This document shows positions 42,494 to 53,900 of a stretch of 64,000 nucleotides of DNA, in pieces. Made by a program: the position numbers and the translations under genes. Origin of the DNA: Moniliella sp. 'wahieum' (lineage: Eukaryota). Location of the stretch: NCBI GenBank assembly GCA_003971905.1, contig RSEE01000144.1, forward strand, positions 62,001 through 126,000. Direction: 5' to 3'. Numbering within the stretch: position 1 is the stretch's first letter; each line of letters starts with the position of its first letter. The notes under the pieces were generated by a model. The model saw only the letters and a program-made list of their open reading frames with translations. It was not told where the DNA came from and searched no databases.

Positions 42494-43565
42494 TCACCCT
42501 TGGAACGCAATGCCCTTTTCATCACCGTCTTGTTTCCCGCCGCCGCGTACCCGTACCCTCCCGCTGGAGCGGGATCAGATCCTTTGCCACGTCTTTAGTC
42601 GAGCCTCGCAATGGGCGCACTGGGCCTTGATGCGCTTTGGCTTTATGTCGTTGGAAGGTTGTTTCTGCCCTACCAACTCCTCCGCCGTGTCCTTGCAGCC
42701 GGCGGGCTGGAGAACGAGCGTGTTGGTGCACTCACGACAAAACGTGGCCACAGGCGCGCATCACATAAGCCTGACTGGTCTGGCCAAAGGCAGATTGACA
42801 CGTGGGACACGCGGCTCCAACCGGAGTTGCGCGTCGGTCGTGGCAGCACCTGCTCGGCGGTCGCTTCGCTTGGCTGGGGAGAGAGGCAGGTCGCAAAAGT
42901 GAAGGTCGACGAGTTGTTTGATGGTCAGAGGGTGGGCCTTGCCCGCACGGCACATGGGTTTGGTAGGCACCCGTCCTCGGTCCAGAGACCCAACTGGAGC
43001 GCATCTGTTGCTCGGACGGTGTCAGCGATGGCAGCCAGAAGGAGGGAGCTTGGATTTTGGCTTCGGCCTCCCCTCGGCCGCCAGCTCGGCGCGAACTCGC
43101 GCCTGTTCTGCGGCGTCCGCAGCGCTGGCCCGCGATCGTCTTCGTGTAGGTCCTACGGCAGAGGCGGACGGGTTGGGAGCGTCGTGGGCTTTACGCTTGC
43201 GCGAGCCGGGCTCGGGGCCTGCCCCGTCGACGCTGCTGCTCCTCAAAGTCGCGCACGGCGGTCGTACGCACGCTGTTGATCAAGCGTCTTTCTGTGCGCG
43301 GGGTCGGCCAGGGCCTGGAGAGAACGCTGGATGCGGGCCAGCTCGTCTTTTGAGCGACGTCGGACAGGACGCACTCGCGGCAGAAGAGGTGGCCATGGGC
43401 ATCGACAGTCGGGCGGCGGGCGGGCGCGAGGCAGAGGACGCAGGCGCTCCAGGCCGCTGGGGTGTGCCGAGCTCGGCGGTGGCGGTGCCGCCCCAGGCCT
43501 TGCGTGCGCGGTGCGATCGACGTAGGGTGAACGGGCGGAGGAGGTTGTTCTTCGAGGGCGGGCAT
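42494..43565 (-). CDS. NOSIP-family (nitric oxide synthase-interacting protein) U-box/RING-like protein
   Basis: M.R.SKNN start, CVLCLAPARRP....HGHLFCREC, SKLP.FWLPSLTP-like segment, CPTC...MRACGHV, ending LIPLQREGTG...IAFQG*. Confidence 0.8.
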
Positions 43566-43764
43566 GGGCGGGGGAAGGGGCGGCGAAGAGGACTGCGTCG
43601 CCGTTTTATACGAGCGAGCCTCATAAGCCAGCCCAGCCCGCCTCGATTTCAATTTGCTGTTCGAGCTGCTGCCCGCCTGAACATTTCACTGCCCCCGCTT
43701 TTTTTTTTGCCTCCCGCCCGCTCGCTGCGCTCCACCCTGCTTTGCCCCGCGCTCAACACACCAC

Positions 43765-45618
43765 ATGAGCTCCCGACGGACCGACTGCGCTACGTCACGC
43801 CCGACGAGAGCGCTGCTGAAGGCGTTTGAACTCGGCTCGCGCCAACCACGAGGTCGTTCCCACCCAGCTCGCCGCCATCTCTCGGGCCTGCGCACGAGCA
43901 ATGTGCCAAGCTCATTCCGAGCTGGCCAAGCGCAAACTGGTGGCGCGCGAGCAGAACGCTCGATACGAAGGGTACCGTCTGACCTACGGCGGATACGACT
44001 TTTTGGCGGTGCGTGCGCTGTCGAAGCAGGATGGCTCGGTGCGGTCGGGTACCGCGGTCGGGGTGGGCAAAGAGAGCGACATTTACATTACCGAAGACAC
44101 CGATGCCCACAAGGTCATTCTCAAGATCCACCGTCTCGGCCGCATCTCCTTCCGTAATGTCAAACACAAGCGCGACTATCTTGGTAACCGACACACCAGC
44201 AGCTGGCAATACCTCAGCAAGCTCAGCGCCAGTAAAGAGTACCTGTTCATGACGCTGCTCAAGCAGCATGGCTTCCCGTCCCCCAACCCCTCGGCCACAT
44301 CGCCACGCGATCGTGATGGAGCGGATCGATATGCGTACCCGTTGCGTCAGATTGTCTCGCTTCCCGAGCGTGAGGTGGCATCGCTCTACGCCGAGCTGAT
44401 GGCGCTGATGTACGCCTGGCCAAGTGCGGTTGATCCTGGTGACTTAAACGAATTCAACCTAATGATTCGCGGAAGCGGCCCAGCGATATGACGATGAGGA
44501 CGGCGCCGAGATGGCATTTGAAGCCAAGCAAAAACGCGAGACCAAGCAAAGCTTGCAAAAGGCACAGGACCATTCGAAGAGCGGAGAACCGAAGACCAAT
44601 CGAATTGAAGCCAGGGGAACGGATCGAACAAGGCAAGGGGTTGAAAGAGTTGTGTCGACCAATCGGACGGGAGGCGCAAGACTCGGATGAGGAGGAATCG
44701 GAAGAGGCGAAGGTGACTCAGAAGACAACGAGGAGGCTGACAATTCCCTCCAACGACGACGACGATGAGGACGACGAGGAAGAGGAAGAAGCGCGTGCAG
44801 AAGCTGCTGCGAAAATGGCCACTGAAGAGCCCACAGACGATCGCGAGGGCAACCAGTCGAGGCATCTTGATTGTTTCCTCAGATGGTCAGTGTGGAGCAT
44901 GAAAATGCAGCGTACTACTTTGATCGGGTGGAGGCATCAACGCTTCTTCCGAAAGCGTTTCCGTTTCGAAGCCCAAACCTGGCCCACTTTTGCCAAACAC
45001 AGTCCCTCGTGAGGGAAGCTCAACGGTCAAACGCGAGGCACAGTATGAGGCGGCGCGCAAAGCTGCTCTGCGAGACTGGGCAACCAGTTCCTGAGCCACC
45101 TGCTCCGGTCGATGAGGAGGGCAACATTCAACTTGACAAGTTGGCCGAGGCTAGCGGGTTCGGAGCTGGAGGACGTCTGGAGAAGGAACTCAAGAGAACT
45201 TCCGCTCCCTTCGTTTGGGTGGCGGTGAGGATGGAGTACGCGCTGCTGAGGTGGCCCAGCGTCTGCATGGAGGTGTGCCGGAGCACGATGCTCCCTCAGA
45301 CGAGGAGGCGCAGGTCAGGAGGAGGAGGAGGAAGAGAGGGGAAGAGGAGGAAGAACACCTCACCCGTGCTGAAAAGCGAGCCCGCGCAGCGGAGCGCAAC
45401 GCCAAGGCAGGTGTGTTCCCCTCCCGTGGCGCAGCGAGAAGGCTGCGAAGGAAGGTGATCCCAGTTTGATTGCGCTCCGCGTCGCGGCCGAGCGGGCACG
45501 CCGGGAGGCCAAAGCAGCCAAGCATCACGGCAAAAAGGCGCAAGGGTCCAAAGTCGGACGCCGCAACGCGGGAGGCAAAGGTCGGAACGATGCGATTGCG
45601 ATCGACACACAGTTTTGA
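43765..45618 (+). CDS. RIO2: Atypical kinase Rio2 (40S maturation)
   Basis: NHEVVPT, YEGYRLTYGGYDFLA, GVGKESDIY, KIHRLGRISFR, GDLNEFNL, FPQMVSV.HENA.YYFDR. Basic C-terminus ending DTQF* after frame correction. Confidence 0.92.
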
Positions 45619-46477
45619 GAATGCTATGTTACTGTCAGTCCGATCGACATCTGCCACCACGGTAGATCTCGTCTGGGGAGTCATGACCCAGCACTGGGAG
45701 ATGCACTTTGAGGCACAGGCTGCTATGAAGAGAGGCAGTTGGCATGTCGAGGCCGGCTTGGTGCCTGCTTCCAAGGCGAGCGAGCCCGGGCTAATTATGG
45801 CAGAATGTAAGGAAGTACCAGATGCGATACCGATGGGTGCCAGGAAAGGTGGTCGGGATGAAGGGGAAGGGTCATTGGTTGCTATGTAAACTGGTGCCGT
45901 CGTTGACGGAGGCGGACAGCATGGTATGATGACTGAGCGAACGGCGGAGGCGGGAGTGGAAGTGGGAAGAAAGAGAATGTGAATCGTCGGGCAACACAAC
46001 AGGCTGTGGGTCTTGATGGACAAGGGATGTCGAGGGCAACGGTATTGGGGGAAATGCGGGGTGGACGCAGTGGTGCTGCTTGGCGACAGCCCCATTGGAC
46101 ATGGGAGAGGGCGTCAAGGCGGCAGATGGGGGCTAAACCCTGGGGGATGTGCCAGCTACAAAGTATTAGGCTAGTTACTCCTGCCCACCATTACGCTCCT
46201 TGTCGACAGCCGCTGGCTTCCCCTGGACCTTGGAGAGGGCACCACCTGTCCAGTGACGCATTCAGCATGCCAGCCACCTACTTCAGCTTAACCTCAAAGC
46301 CACCGTCACTGACATCATCCTCGTTAACGTCAACGTTATCAAGTATCCCCGTCCCTTCCTTTCTTCCAGCTCATTGCATCAGCGAATGCTATTGCTTCCA
46401 TAGTGCACGCAAGTCCAGTAACCGTTGCCATTCCTTACACCGGAGAAACCCCGTTGGTCCAAGGCCTTGGCAAGCGT

Positions 46478-48244
46478 TCACAGGTCCGTCTTGGCCTCCA
46501 CCGCCCCAACCAGCTCCCGCATCTTGCCCGCTGCGAACTCCGTCACCTCGTACAGCTTGGCCTTGCCCAGTTGGTAGCCCTGAACAGCCAGCAGCGAAAC
46601 AGGATCCTGTTCGTCCATGTAATAGTACCACTGTTGTCCCAAACTCCAGGTCAGTACCCCAGCCCAGAAACAACCTCCAACACGAAGACATCTCCACGTA
46701 CCGTAATTTCCCAGGCAACCAGCGTGACCAACAGCACAGCCACAAACAAGACTATCATGTAGCAGAACATGAACCAGTACAGTTCGCGGACATCCGCTTT
46801 CTGCCGTGCCTTCCGTTTATCCTCGTCCACCATGGCCTTAATCGTAGCCTGAGAAGTGCCTTGTGCACTCACTGACGGGTCCAACGCCAGGGCCAACGCG
46901 GTGGCGCGGCGCTCCTCGCGCATCTGCTCGACCGCCTTGCGTCGAGACAACGCGCCCGGCGGCGCACCCCCAGCGCCGTACCGCTGTTGACCCACCACCG
47001 TAGTAGGAGGACTGACAAAGGAAGGGTAGTGCGACTCGCACCACACTTCGATTCGCGACAGTTCCACCCCCCACTCGACAAAGTTCAAGTCGTCGGGGCG
47101 AAGGCGGGCATGGATTTTCCGAGCATAGTCGCGGAAGATGTAGGCCACGTCACGATTGTTCGTGGCCGAAATAATGAGCTTAACGGCTTGGCCCTTGCGA
47201 ATCTTGAGGTTGCGCTTAAACACTGCCGGGTTGTCAAACAACAAGTCCAGTGTTGCAATCGCCATCACTTGCGGGATTGCGGCAAAGTTGAACACACTTT
47301 GTTCGTGCAGCAACGTTAGGTTCCAATACATATGTCACATGGCTCATTGCGTCCAGCAGCATCGTCGACAAGACGCCCATTGTCCGCTGGCCCAGTTCCC
47401 CTTCCACCGGGCGGTACTTGCCCGGTTGCGTACTCCTCCACACCCTTCGCCACCTCAGCCTGCGACGTGAACGCGCACCCGGGGCGAGACCACGCTTCGG
47501 CGGGCCAGAAGAAACGGCCTTCGTCACAGTCCTCCGCATAGTCACGGATAATGTTGGTCTTTTGAAGGTACAGACCCATGTGGTTGGACAACCCCATCTG
47601 CTGCCCCACCAATGGTGACTCCAGCCCTGAGGCCGAGAAAAGGCGGCTCAATCCTTCGCCTACAAGACCAGCGACAAAGTGACAGTACAGGTCATAGTCG
47701 GCCCATTTCTCCACCTTGAGTGTGCCCTTGGCACTGGCCAGCTCAATGTACGACGCCATCCCGCCGCCCATCTTGGCCGTCATGTCGGCAATCACTACTT
47801 GGTACTTCTCCTCCAGCAAGCCAAACTCGCCAATGATCTTGTCAAACTCGACCAGCAGTTGGCGGTCCTTTTCGTTCGGACCGGACTCGGTGAAGGTCCA
47901 GCCGGGCTGGTACAACTTCTTGTGGAAGGAGGTGAGGAGGGGAATCTTGACCTCGGGCGCGATGGTCATGTCGTCCTCGACAGTGTCGAGTCCACGGAGA
48001 ACGAGATAGTAGATGCAGATCACGCGCGCCAGCTCGCCCTTGAGCTCCTTGATGACGGCAGAAAAGGAGCGCGAGGTGAGGTCGAGGAAGTGCCAGCATT
48101 CGCGCATCTGGTCGCGGTCCCAGCCGCTGGCTTCGGGGTTGGAGGTGATGTCGTTGAGGGGGTCATGCATGAGCTTGTACTGGAGCAGGGAGCGCAGCTC
48201 CCGGGATGGGTGAAGAGCAGCGCGAGAAGCTGGGATGCGCCCAT
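46478..48244 (-). CDS. ERG9: Squalene synthase
   Basis: TSRSFSAVIKEL, YLVLRGLDTVEDD, YCHFVAGLVGEGL, MGLYLQKTNIIRDY, FAAIPQVMAIATL, C-terminal TM segment. Intron 46631-46701 adds a last exon ending ...VEAKTDL*. Confidence 0.96.
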
Positions 48245-48969
48245 GGCGAAGACAGATGCGCGGCGGATGCGATGGGGAGGAGGTGGGGGCGCGGCGGATG
48301 TTCTGAGAGCGGGGGGCGGCAGGGCACGGGTGAGCGCACGGGACCGGTGAGCGCACAGGTGAGGCGCCCAAAGCCTGGCCCAACAACACCCAACCATGCG
48401 CGCCCCGCCCCGCTTAGCTAATGCACCCTCTGCGCTCGTCTCATATTCCCTGGGCCTTCCACTTCAAACCGCCGCTGTTGTTGTGGCACGTGAGGTCACG
48501 CCTCGGCCTGAGGCCTGCAGCCAAGCCAGACCCATTCTTCGTCGGCGCCCAGCTCGTGTCGTACGATTGCGCCCCCGCCGCCGAGATGTGGGGGAGGAGG
48601 ATGCAGACGATGCAGTAGAACGGTGGTTGGCTGTTGCATGTTACCATCCGGCTCACCGGTCTCACGGTCTGTACTCAGTAGATTCACCAAAATGTGCAGT
48701 CGTCGGAACATGAGGATGCTCTCCGACGCGTTCCGCCACCCCACCACCAGAACATGAGCGCTTCTTTTGGCACACCCAAAGCTCTCGATTTCGCCTCTTT
48801 TCTCATTCGTACCGCCCTTTCTCAAAGTTGTCTGCGCACGTTTCTGTCGTCATCTCATAGATGAGACCGATGGTGCTAACATCGTTTCGTTTACTGCTCT
48901 CAGCTCTGTACCGAATTAGCCAAAATATTGCACACAGTATTTTTTGCTACTTTTCATTAGCCCGATATA

Positions 48970-49076
48970 GGAGGCATAGCCTAGTGGTCTATGGCATCGT
49001 ATTCAAGTCATTAAGCACTTCCGCTTAAGAGTGGATGGAACTGCGACATTCGTGGGTTCGAGTCCCACTGCCTTCA
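48970..49076 (+). tRNA. tRNA with CAA (Leu) anticodon, 33-nt canonical intron (49008-49040) and short variable loop
   Basis: Acceptor GGAGGCA/TGCCTTC with A73. D-arm GCC-TAGTGGTCTAT-GGC. Anticodon stem TCGTA/TGCGA with loop TT-CAA-G|C. T-arm GTGGG-TTCGAGT-CCCAC. Confidence 0.9.
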
Positions 49077-49077
49077 C

Positions 49078-49092
49078 TTTTTAGCTTTTTTT
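49078..49092 (+). terminator. RNA polymerase III oligo-T terminator
   Basis: Runs TTTTT and TTTTTTT immediately 3' of the tRNA. Confidence 0.75.
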
Positions 49093-50181
49093 GCTCGCCA
49101 AGTATTTTTTAGCCCTGTCGTTTTTGCAGCCACGTCGTTCGTTCATACATGAGCTGCATGAGCGTAACTACCGGGGCGAGGCGGGAATGCCGCATTCTCT
49201 GGCCTCTCCGGAACTTCTAGAGGGACGAGCCGACGATGAAGCACAGGTGCGGACCTATATGGTTGTGTAATGACCCGTACATCTCGCTCCCGGGCGAGGC
49301 CAAGAAACGCTGAAGCGGCATCACGCATTGTGTGATGTGCGCGTAAAATGTTTTTCTGACGTGGTGCCCCCAACGCCATGGGGACCACCATTTTGACCAC
49401 CATTTCCACTTGCTGCTCTCGTGAGCGCGTGAGCTCTTCTAGGGCATCAATAGCAGGTAGGGACCGAGGCCGAAGCTGGGCGTTTCATGTTATCTGTGAC
49501 ATGGTCAGCATCAGGATGCATAAACGGCTGTGGTGATGATCGATAATTATCAGCGCGGGGCACACAGATAAAGATACACGTACGTCCGGAGTCACCGCCT
49601 CTTTAGGGGTTTATTTTCAGTCGCAATGGCCACAGGGCTGTTTGGGGCACTTGGGTGCGCGGGCTCTGCTGCCTACTTGCACCGCCGCTGAGGGGGGGGC
49701 TGGGCTGGGCTGGGCCAGGCCTGTCGTTACGCGTTAGGGGCATGGGGCTACCGAACTTCTGCCCCATCGCAAAACGCCGATGGCAACAGTCGTTGGACGA
49801 GTGACGTTTGACACACGTCTCTTTGACAACGATCGGCGACCCGTCTCGTTTTAATGTTGTGGTTTTGTCGGGAGTGGGACGGTGCCCAGTAACGTTCACA
49901 GCGTGGCTCAGCGGCTCAGTGGCTCAGCACTCAGATACTACTCAACGTTGAAGCATCAAGCACAACGCTGCTTGAGGTGCAACCGTCCAGTGCGCTCAGG
50001 CTGCCGAACATGATTGACGTCCGACGTACGTTGTGGGGGTCAGAGCGTCTATAAAAACCTGCCTCTCTCAGCTTTCAAGACTCGGCGCGCATCCCTTCCC
50101 CACCCACTACCCACTATAACCTTTCCCAGCAGCCTACCGCCCTTACTGTCTCCCGCTATTCATCTATTGACCCCCAACGCG

Positions 50182-50404
50182 ATGCACTCGACTTCCCGTT
50201 GCTCCCCTGTTAACGTACGCCCATCGCCCTCTGCTTCGCTCTAGTAGGCGCGGCATGTGCGGTTGAACAAGTACTAAAATCCCTCGTTCTGGCCAGATGG
50301 CTGCCCCACTGGCCTGCCACGGCTGCAGCTTCAACTTTGGCTCCAACCTGGAGCGGAAAATGTGGCAATGCATGCGGTGCGGTCACCTTCACTACGACCA
50401 ATAA
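50182..50404 (+). CDS. Putative 46-aa CxxC-x14-CxxC zinc-ribbon microprotein, two exons (not in the ORF track)
   Basis: TATAAAA at 50050 and a C-rich leader. Exon 50182-50214, intron GTACGC...ACTAAA...CAG 50215-50296, exon 50297-50404. Product MHSTSRCSPVNMAAPLACHGCSFNFGSNLERKMWQCMRCGHLHYDQ*. Confidence 0.6.
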
Positions 50405-50941
50405 GCCCTTGTGGCTTTGCTTACCGCATTCGTTGCAGATGTCTTTGTGCGTGTATGGGTATTACGCATGAGGCTCATTGACTCATCAACGCCCGCCTTG
50501 GCCAAGCTGCACCTGCCCCCTGGTCGTGGGCGTGTAGTTTTGCCGGCCAGCGTAGGACGCCTTTTTGTGCTGTGCACAACTGCCCCCCACGTCCCAAAAA
50601 CCTCCCCGATGTACTTTGGTTGGCTCTGATAAGGTTCCACCACTAATCGTACCTCGTTATGACTAGTCTGGAGGTCATCGTAGTTCGCTTTTGTTCCCCA
50701 TCATATTTCCCAACAGGTGGCAGAGGCAAACGGTCGGTAGCCTCAGATCCTTGACAGGATACGGTCCATGGGAGTATGCAGAGATGAATTGCATGGGTCG
50801 AGCCCCTGCCTCGCCCATACAGAGCGGGCAGGGACGGTATCAGACAAAATGGAGCAGACAAAAGGGAGCTTGTACGAAGAGCAATGGTGACGGCCGCCCA
50901 GGAGGCGAGGCGCAACAGAACAGAATGTTGCGCACCTAGAT

Positions 50942-53900
50942 TTACCGGCCCGATCCCTTCGCCTTGGTCATACGAATACTGGGCGCGACCAAGGGTGTCA
51001 TCGTCGCCGCAATTCGACCTGGGTTGGGACTTACATGGCCCGGCGTGGGCGCAGCGGAAGCAGGGGTGGAGCGATTGTGAGCCATGTGGGCCTTGATCAG
51101 ATGTCCGGCCGCGAGGGCTGACATGAGCGATAGTTCCCCTGCCATCACCGCGGAGGCAATGATGGCGGCGAGCCGTTGAGCGTTGGCGCCTGGCGTGGAA
51201 GGGTGCGGCCCAGCAATGCCCAGCAGCTCGAGCATCGACCTGTGGGTCCAGCACCGTCCCCCCGCCCACCGTTCCCACTTCGATGGAGGGCATGGAAACC
51301 GAGATGCGCAAGTCCCCTCGGGCGTGGCCTCCATCAAGGTCATGCAGTTGCTCGACTCGACGTTCTGCGCAGGATCTTGCCCCGTGGCAAGGTAGATGGC
51401 AGTAAGAATGTTGGCGGCATGGGCATTGAAGCCGCCAATGGAGCCGGCCATGGCCGAGCCAATCAAGTTCTTCTTCAGGTTCAAATCCACCAAAGCGGCA
51501 ACCGAGGTCTTGAGCACCGAGCTCACCACTTTGTTGGGTACCACCGCTTCGGCCACCACCGATTTGCCCCGACCTTCAATCCAATTGATCGCAGCGGGCT
51601 TCTTGTCCGTACAGTAGTTACCCGATAGGGCCAGAACCTTCATGGAGGGGAAGTGCTCGGTGGCCATCAATGTCAGCGCACGCTCAACCCCTTGGAAATC
51701 ATGTTCATGCCCATCGCATCCCCCGTCGAGGTGGCAAAGCGAATAAACAGGGTTCGACCCGCTAGCGCGGTGCGCAAACTGGCCAGTCGGGCAAAGCGGG
51801 AAGTCGAGTCAAAGGCAGCCTTGATCGTCGCCGCACCAGTGGTGGAATCGATCCATCTCTTAGCCTGCGCCGCTTCGGCCGCAGTGGGGAAATCGACGGC
51901 GGGGCCGCGCGTCATGGCGTCTTGCGTCAACACGGTTGTCACGCCCCCTCCCGCATTCAGCGCCTTGCACCCACGCGAAGTGGATGCAACCAGAGTACCT
52001 TCCGTCGTGGCCATCGGGATTGGCGTAAGTTGGCCGTCAATGGTAAGAGGACCCGCAATGCCGAGCGGCAAAGGAAGGTAGCCCACAACATTTTCACAGC
52101 ATGCGCCCATCACTTGCGCATAGTTATAGTTCTTAAATGGCAACTTGCCCGTCTCCAGCGTTTTGGTCAAGCTGGCACGCGAAACAAGCGCACGGCGGAC
52201 ACGAACAGCACGCTCGGGGTCTTGAAGTACCTTCTCCAACGCGTAAGCAGGAATCTTTCCCCGCTGGGCAAGTAACACTACTTCCTCGTCCGCAAGGTAG
52301 AGCACACCGGCGCCATTGTCGTACACCTCCAATACTTCCTCGAACGAACGGATCTGCGAAGCGTCCACGCCCGCCGTGGGAGGTGTAGGATCTTCTCCCT
52401 CCGGCACAATCAGCGCAGGGGGGCGGCATAAATGTCACCGTGGGAGCGGAGGGCGGGAAGGGTTGGCATTGGATGAGTTGGAACGGGACGATTTGGCGAT
52501 GCGGGACTCGGCTTCATCCAAATGAGCCCAGCATACGAGCAGCGGCAAAAGCAGCGGCACCCATAGCGTTACCTCGGGCAATAGCTGCGTTGCCTTGAGC
52601 AATGCCTCGGAGCAGGTACGCGTTGAGAAAGATGCTCACTGCCATCGCGATCGAAAGCCACTTGGAAATAAGAGGGTCACCAACAATTGAGGTCCATTCA
52701 GTCATCAGGCTACCCAAGACCTCTAGCGACTGGTGGCGCGAAAGCAAGCCTGTCGATCCGCGCGAGCTGTTAGTCGAGAAGGAAGGATGAACTGAATGAG
52801 TTGCCGAGGACGATGAGGCGATCGACACTGACGTCAGGGAGGGGAATTGCTGCTCATATGCCTCGGCCAATGTCTTGGCAAGTTCAGCTTTCTCGTCCGA
52901 CACCTGGTTGGTCAGGAGTAATCGATCACCGAAAGGAAAACCGGGTCATGGATCTGCAAGCGGGCGCCAGTGGGATGGGAACGAGCAAACCGCTCGAGCG
53001 CTGGCGCAAGTGCCGGCGAGGAAGGGGTTAAGGACAAGTTGAACTGTGTCGCTGACGGAAGTAGCTGGTACGGATCGTTCACGGTAGCGCTCGGGGACGA
53101 AGGTAGAGGCAACTTCGGACGTGGCAGCACGCAAGTAGCGAGTGCGAGAAGCCTGCGTTGTCATGGTACCAAGTAGGTTGAGGCTGTGTAGCGTGATGAA
53201 GGAAGCAATCAACAAGATTTTGAGCCGGCCCACGGGTTATTTTTAGAGTTGGAGCCAACCAGGCGGTGCCAGAGCCCACGGACCCGACGGGACCGAGAAT
53301 GCTGCCGGTGACGCAGCTGGGCTGACAGCCCAGCCAAAGGAGGGGCAGCATAGTTGAAGGAGTGATCGAGATGGAAGATACACGACTGCTTACTGCGCTA
53401 TCGGCACCCTTGATTGTAGGGGTAACCGAGCCGGACGTCGTAGCGCTTGCTACGCCGCCGCTGGTGGGCGCGGCTTCCTTGTTAACGGCCGATGCGGCTG
53501 GGAGGGAAGCGTGGCGGCGCTTACGCAAGATCCGGATCCGCAGTACCTCAACAATAACGGTCAGGATGCCAGTGTAAAACGTGTGGAGAAGAATGGCATC
53601 GAAGAACAGGATCAGTGCCGCGAGCTGGCAAAATTCATGCAGGCCACTAGGAGCAATGCACGAGCCCGCAAGCAGCAAGGCCAACTCGATCGCATAGTCA
53701 CGAACGATTTCTTGGCCAACACTGTCATATGCACCCACCAACACGTCACGGGCAGCCAGCGGACGGGGAAGCTCCCACTCGAGATCGGGATTTTCGCGCA
53801 AGCGGGCAGTGAGGGCCCGAACAAAGGCATCCTCATTCGACTTGGGTGTATCGGCGGAGTTCCCATTGAGGGCCGGCTTTCCCTCGCTAGCTCCTACCGA

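Noticed and set aside
45190..46875. ORFs of about 300 aa at 45190-46095 (-) and 45979-46875 (+)
   Set aside because: They overlap RIO2 and ERG9 antisense, have no motifs, and are expected in high-GC DNA.
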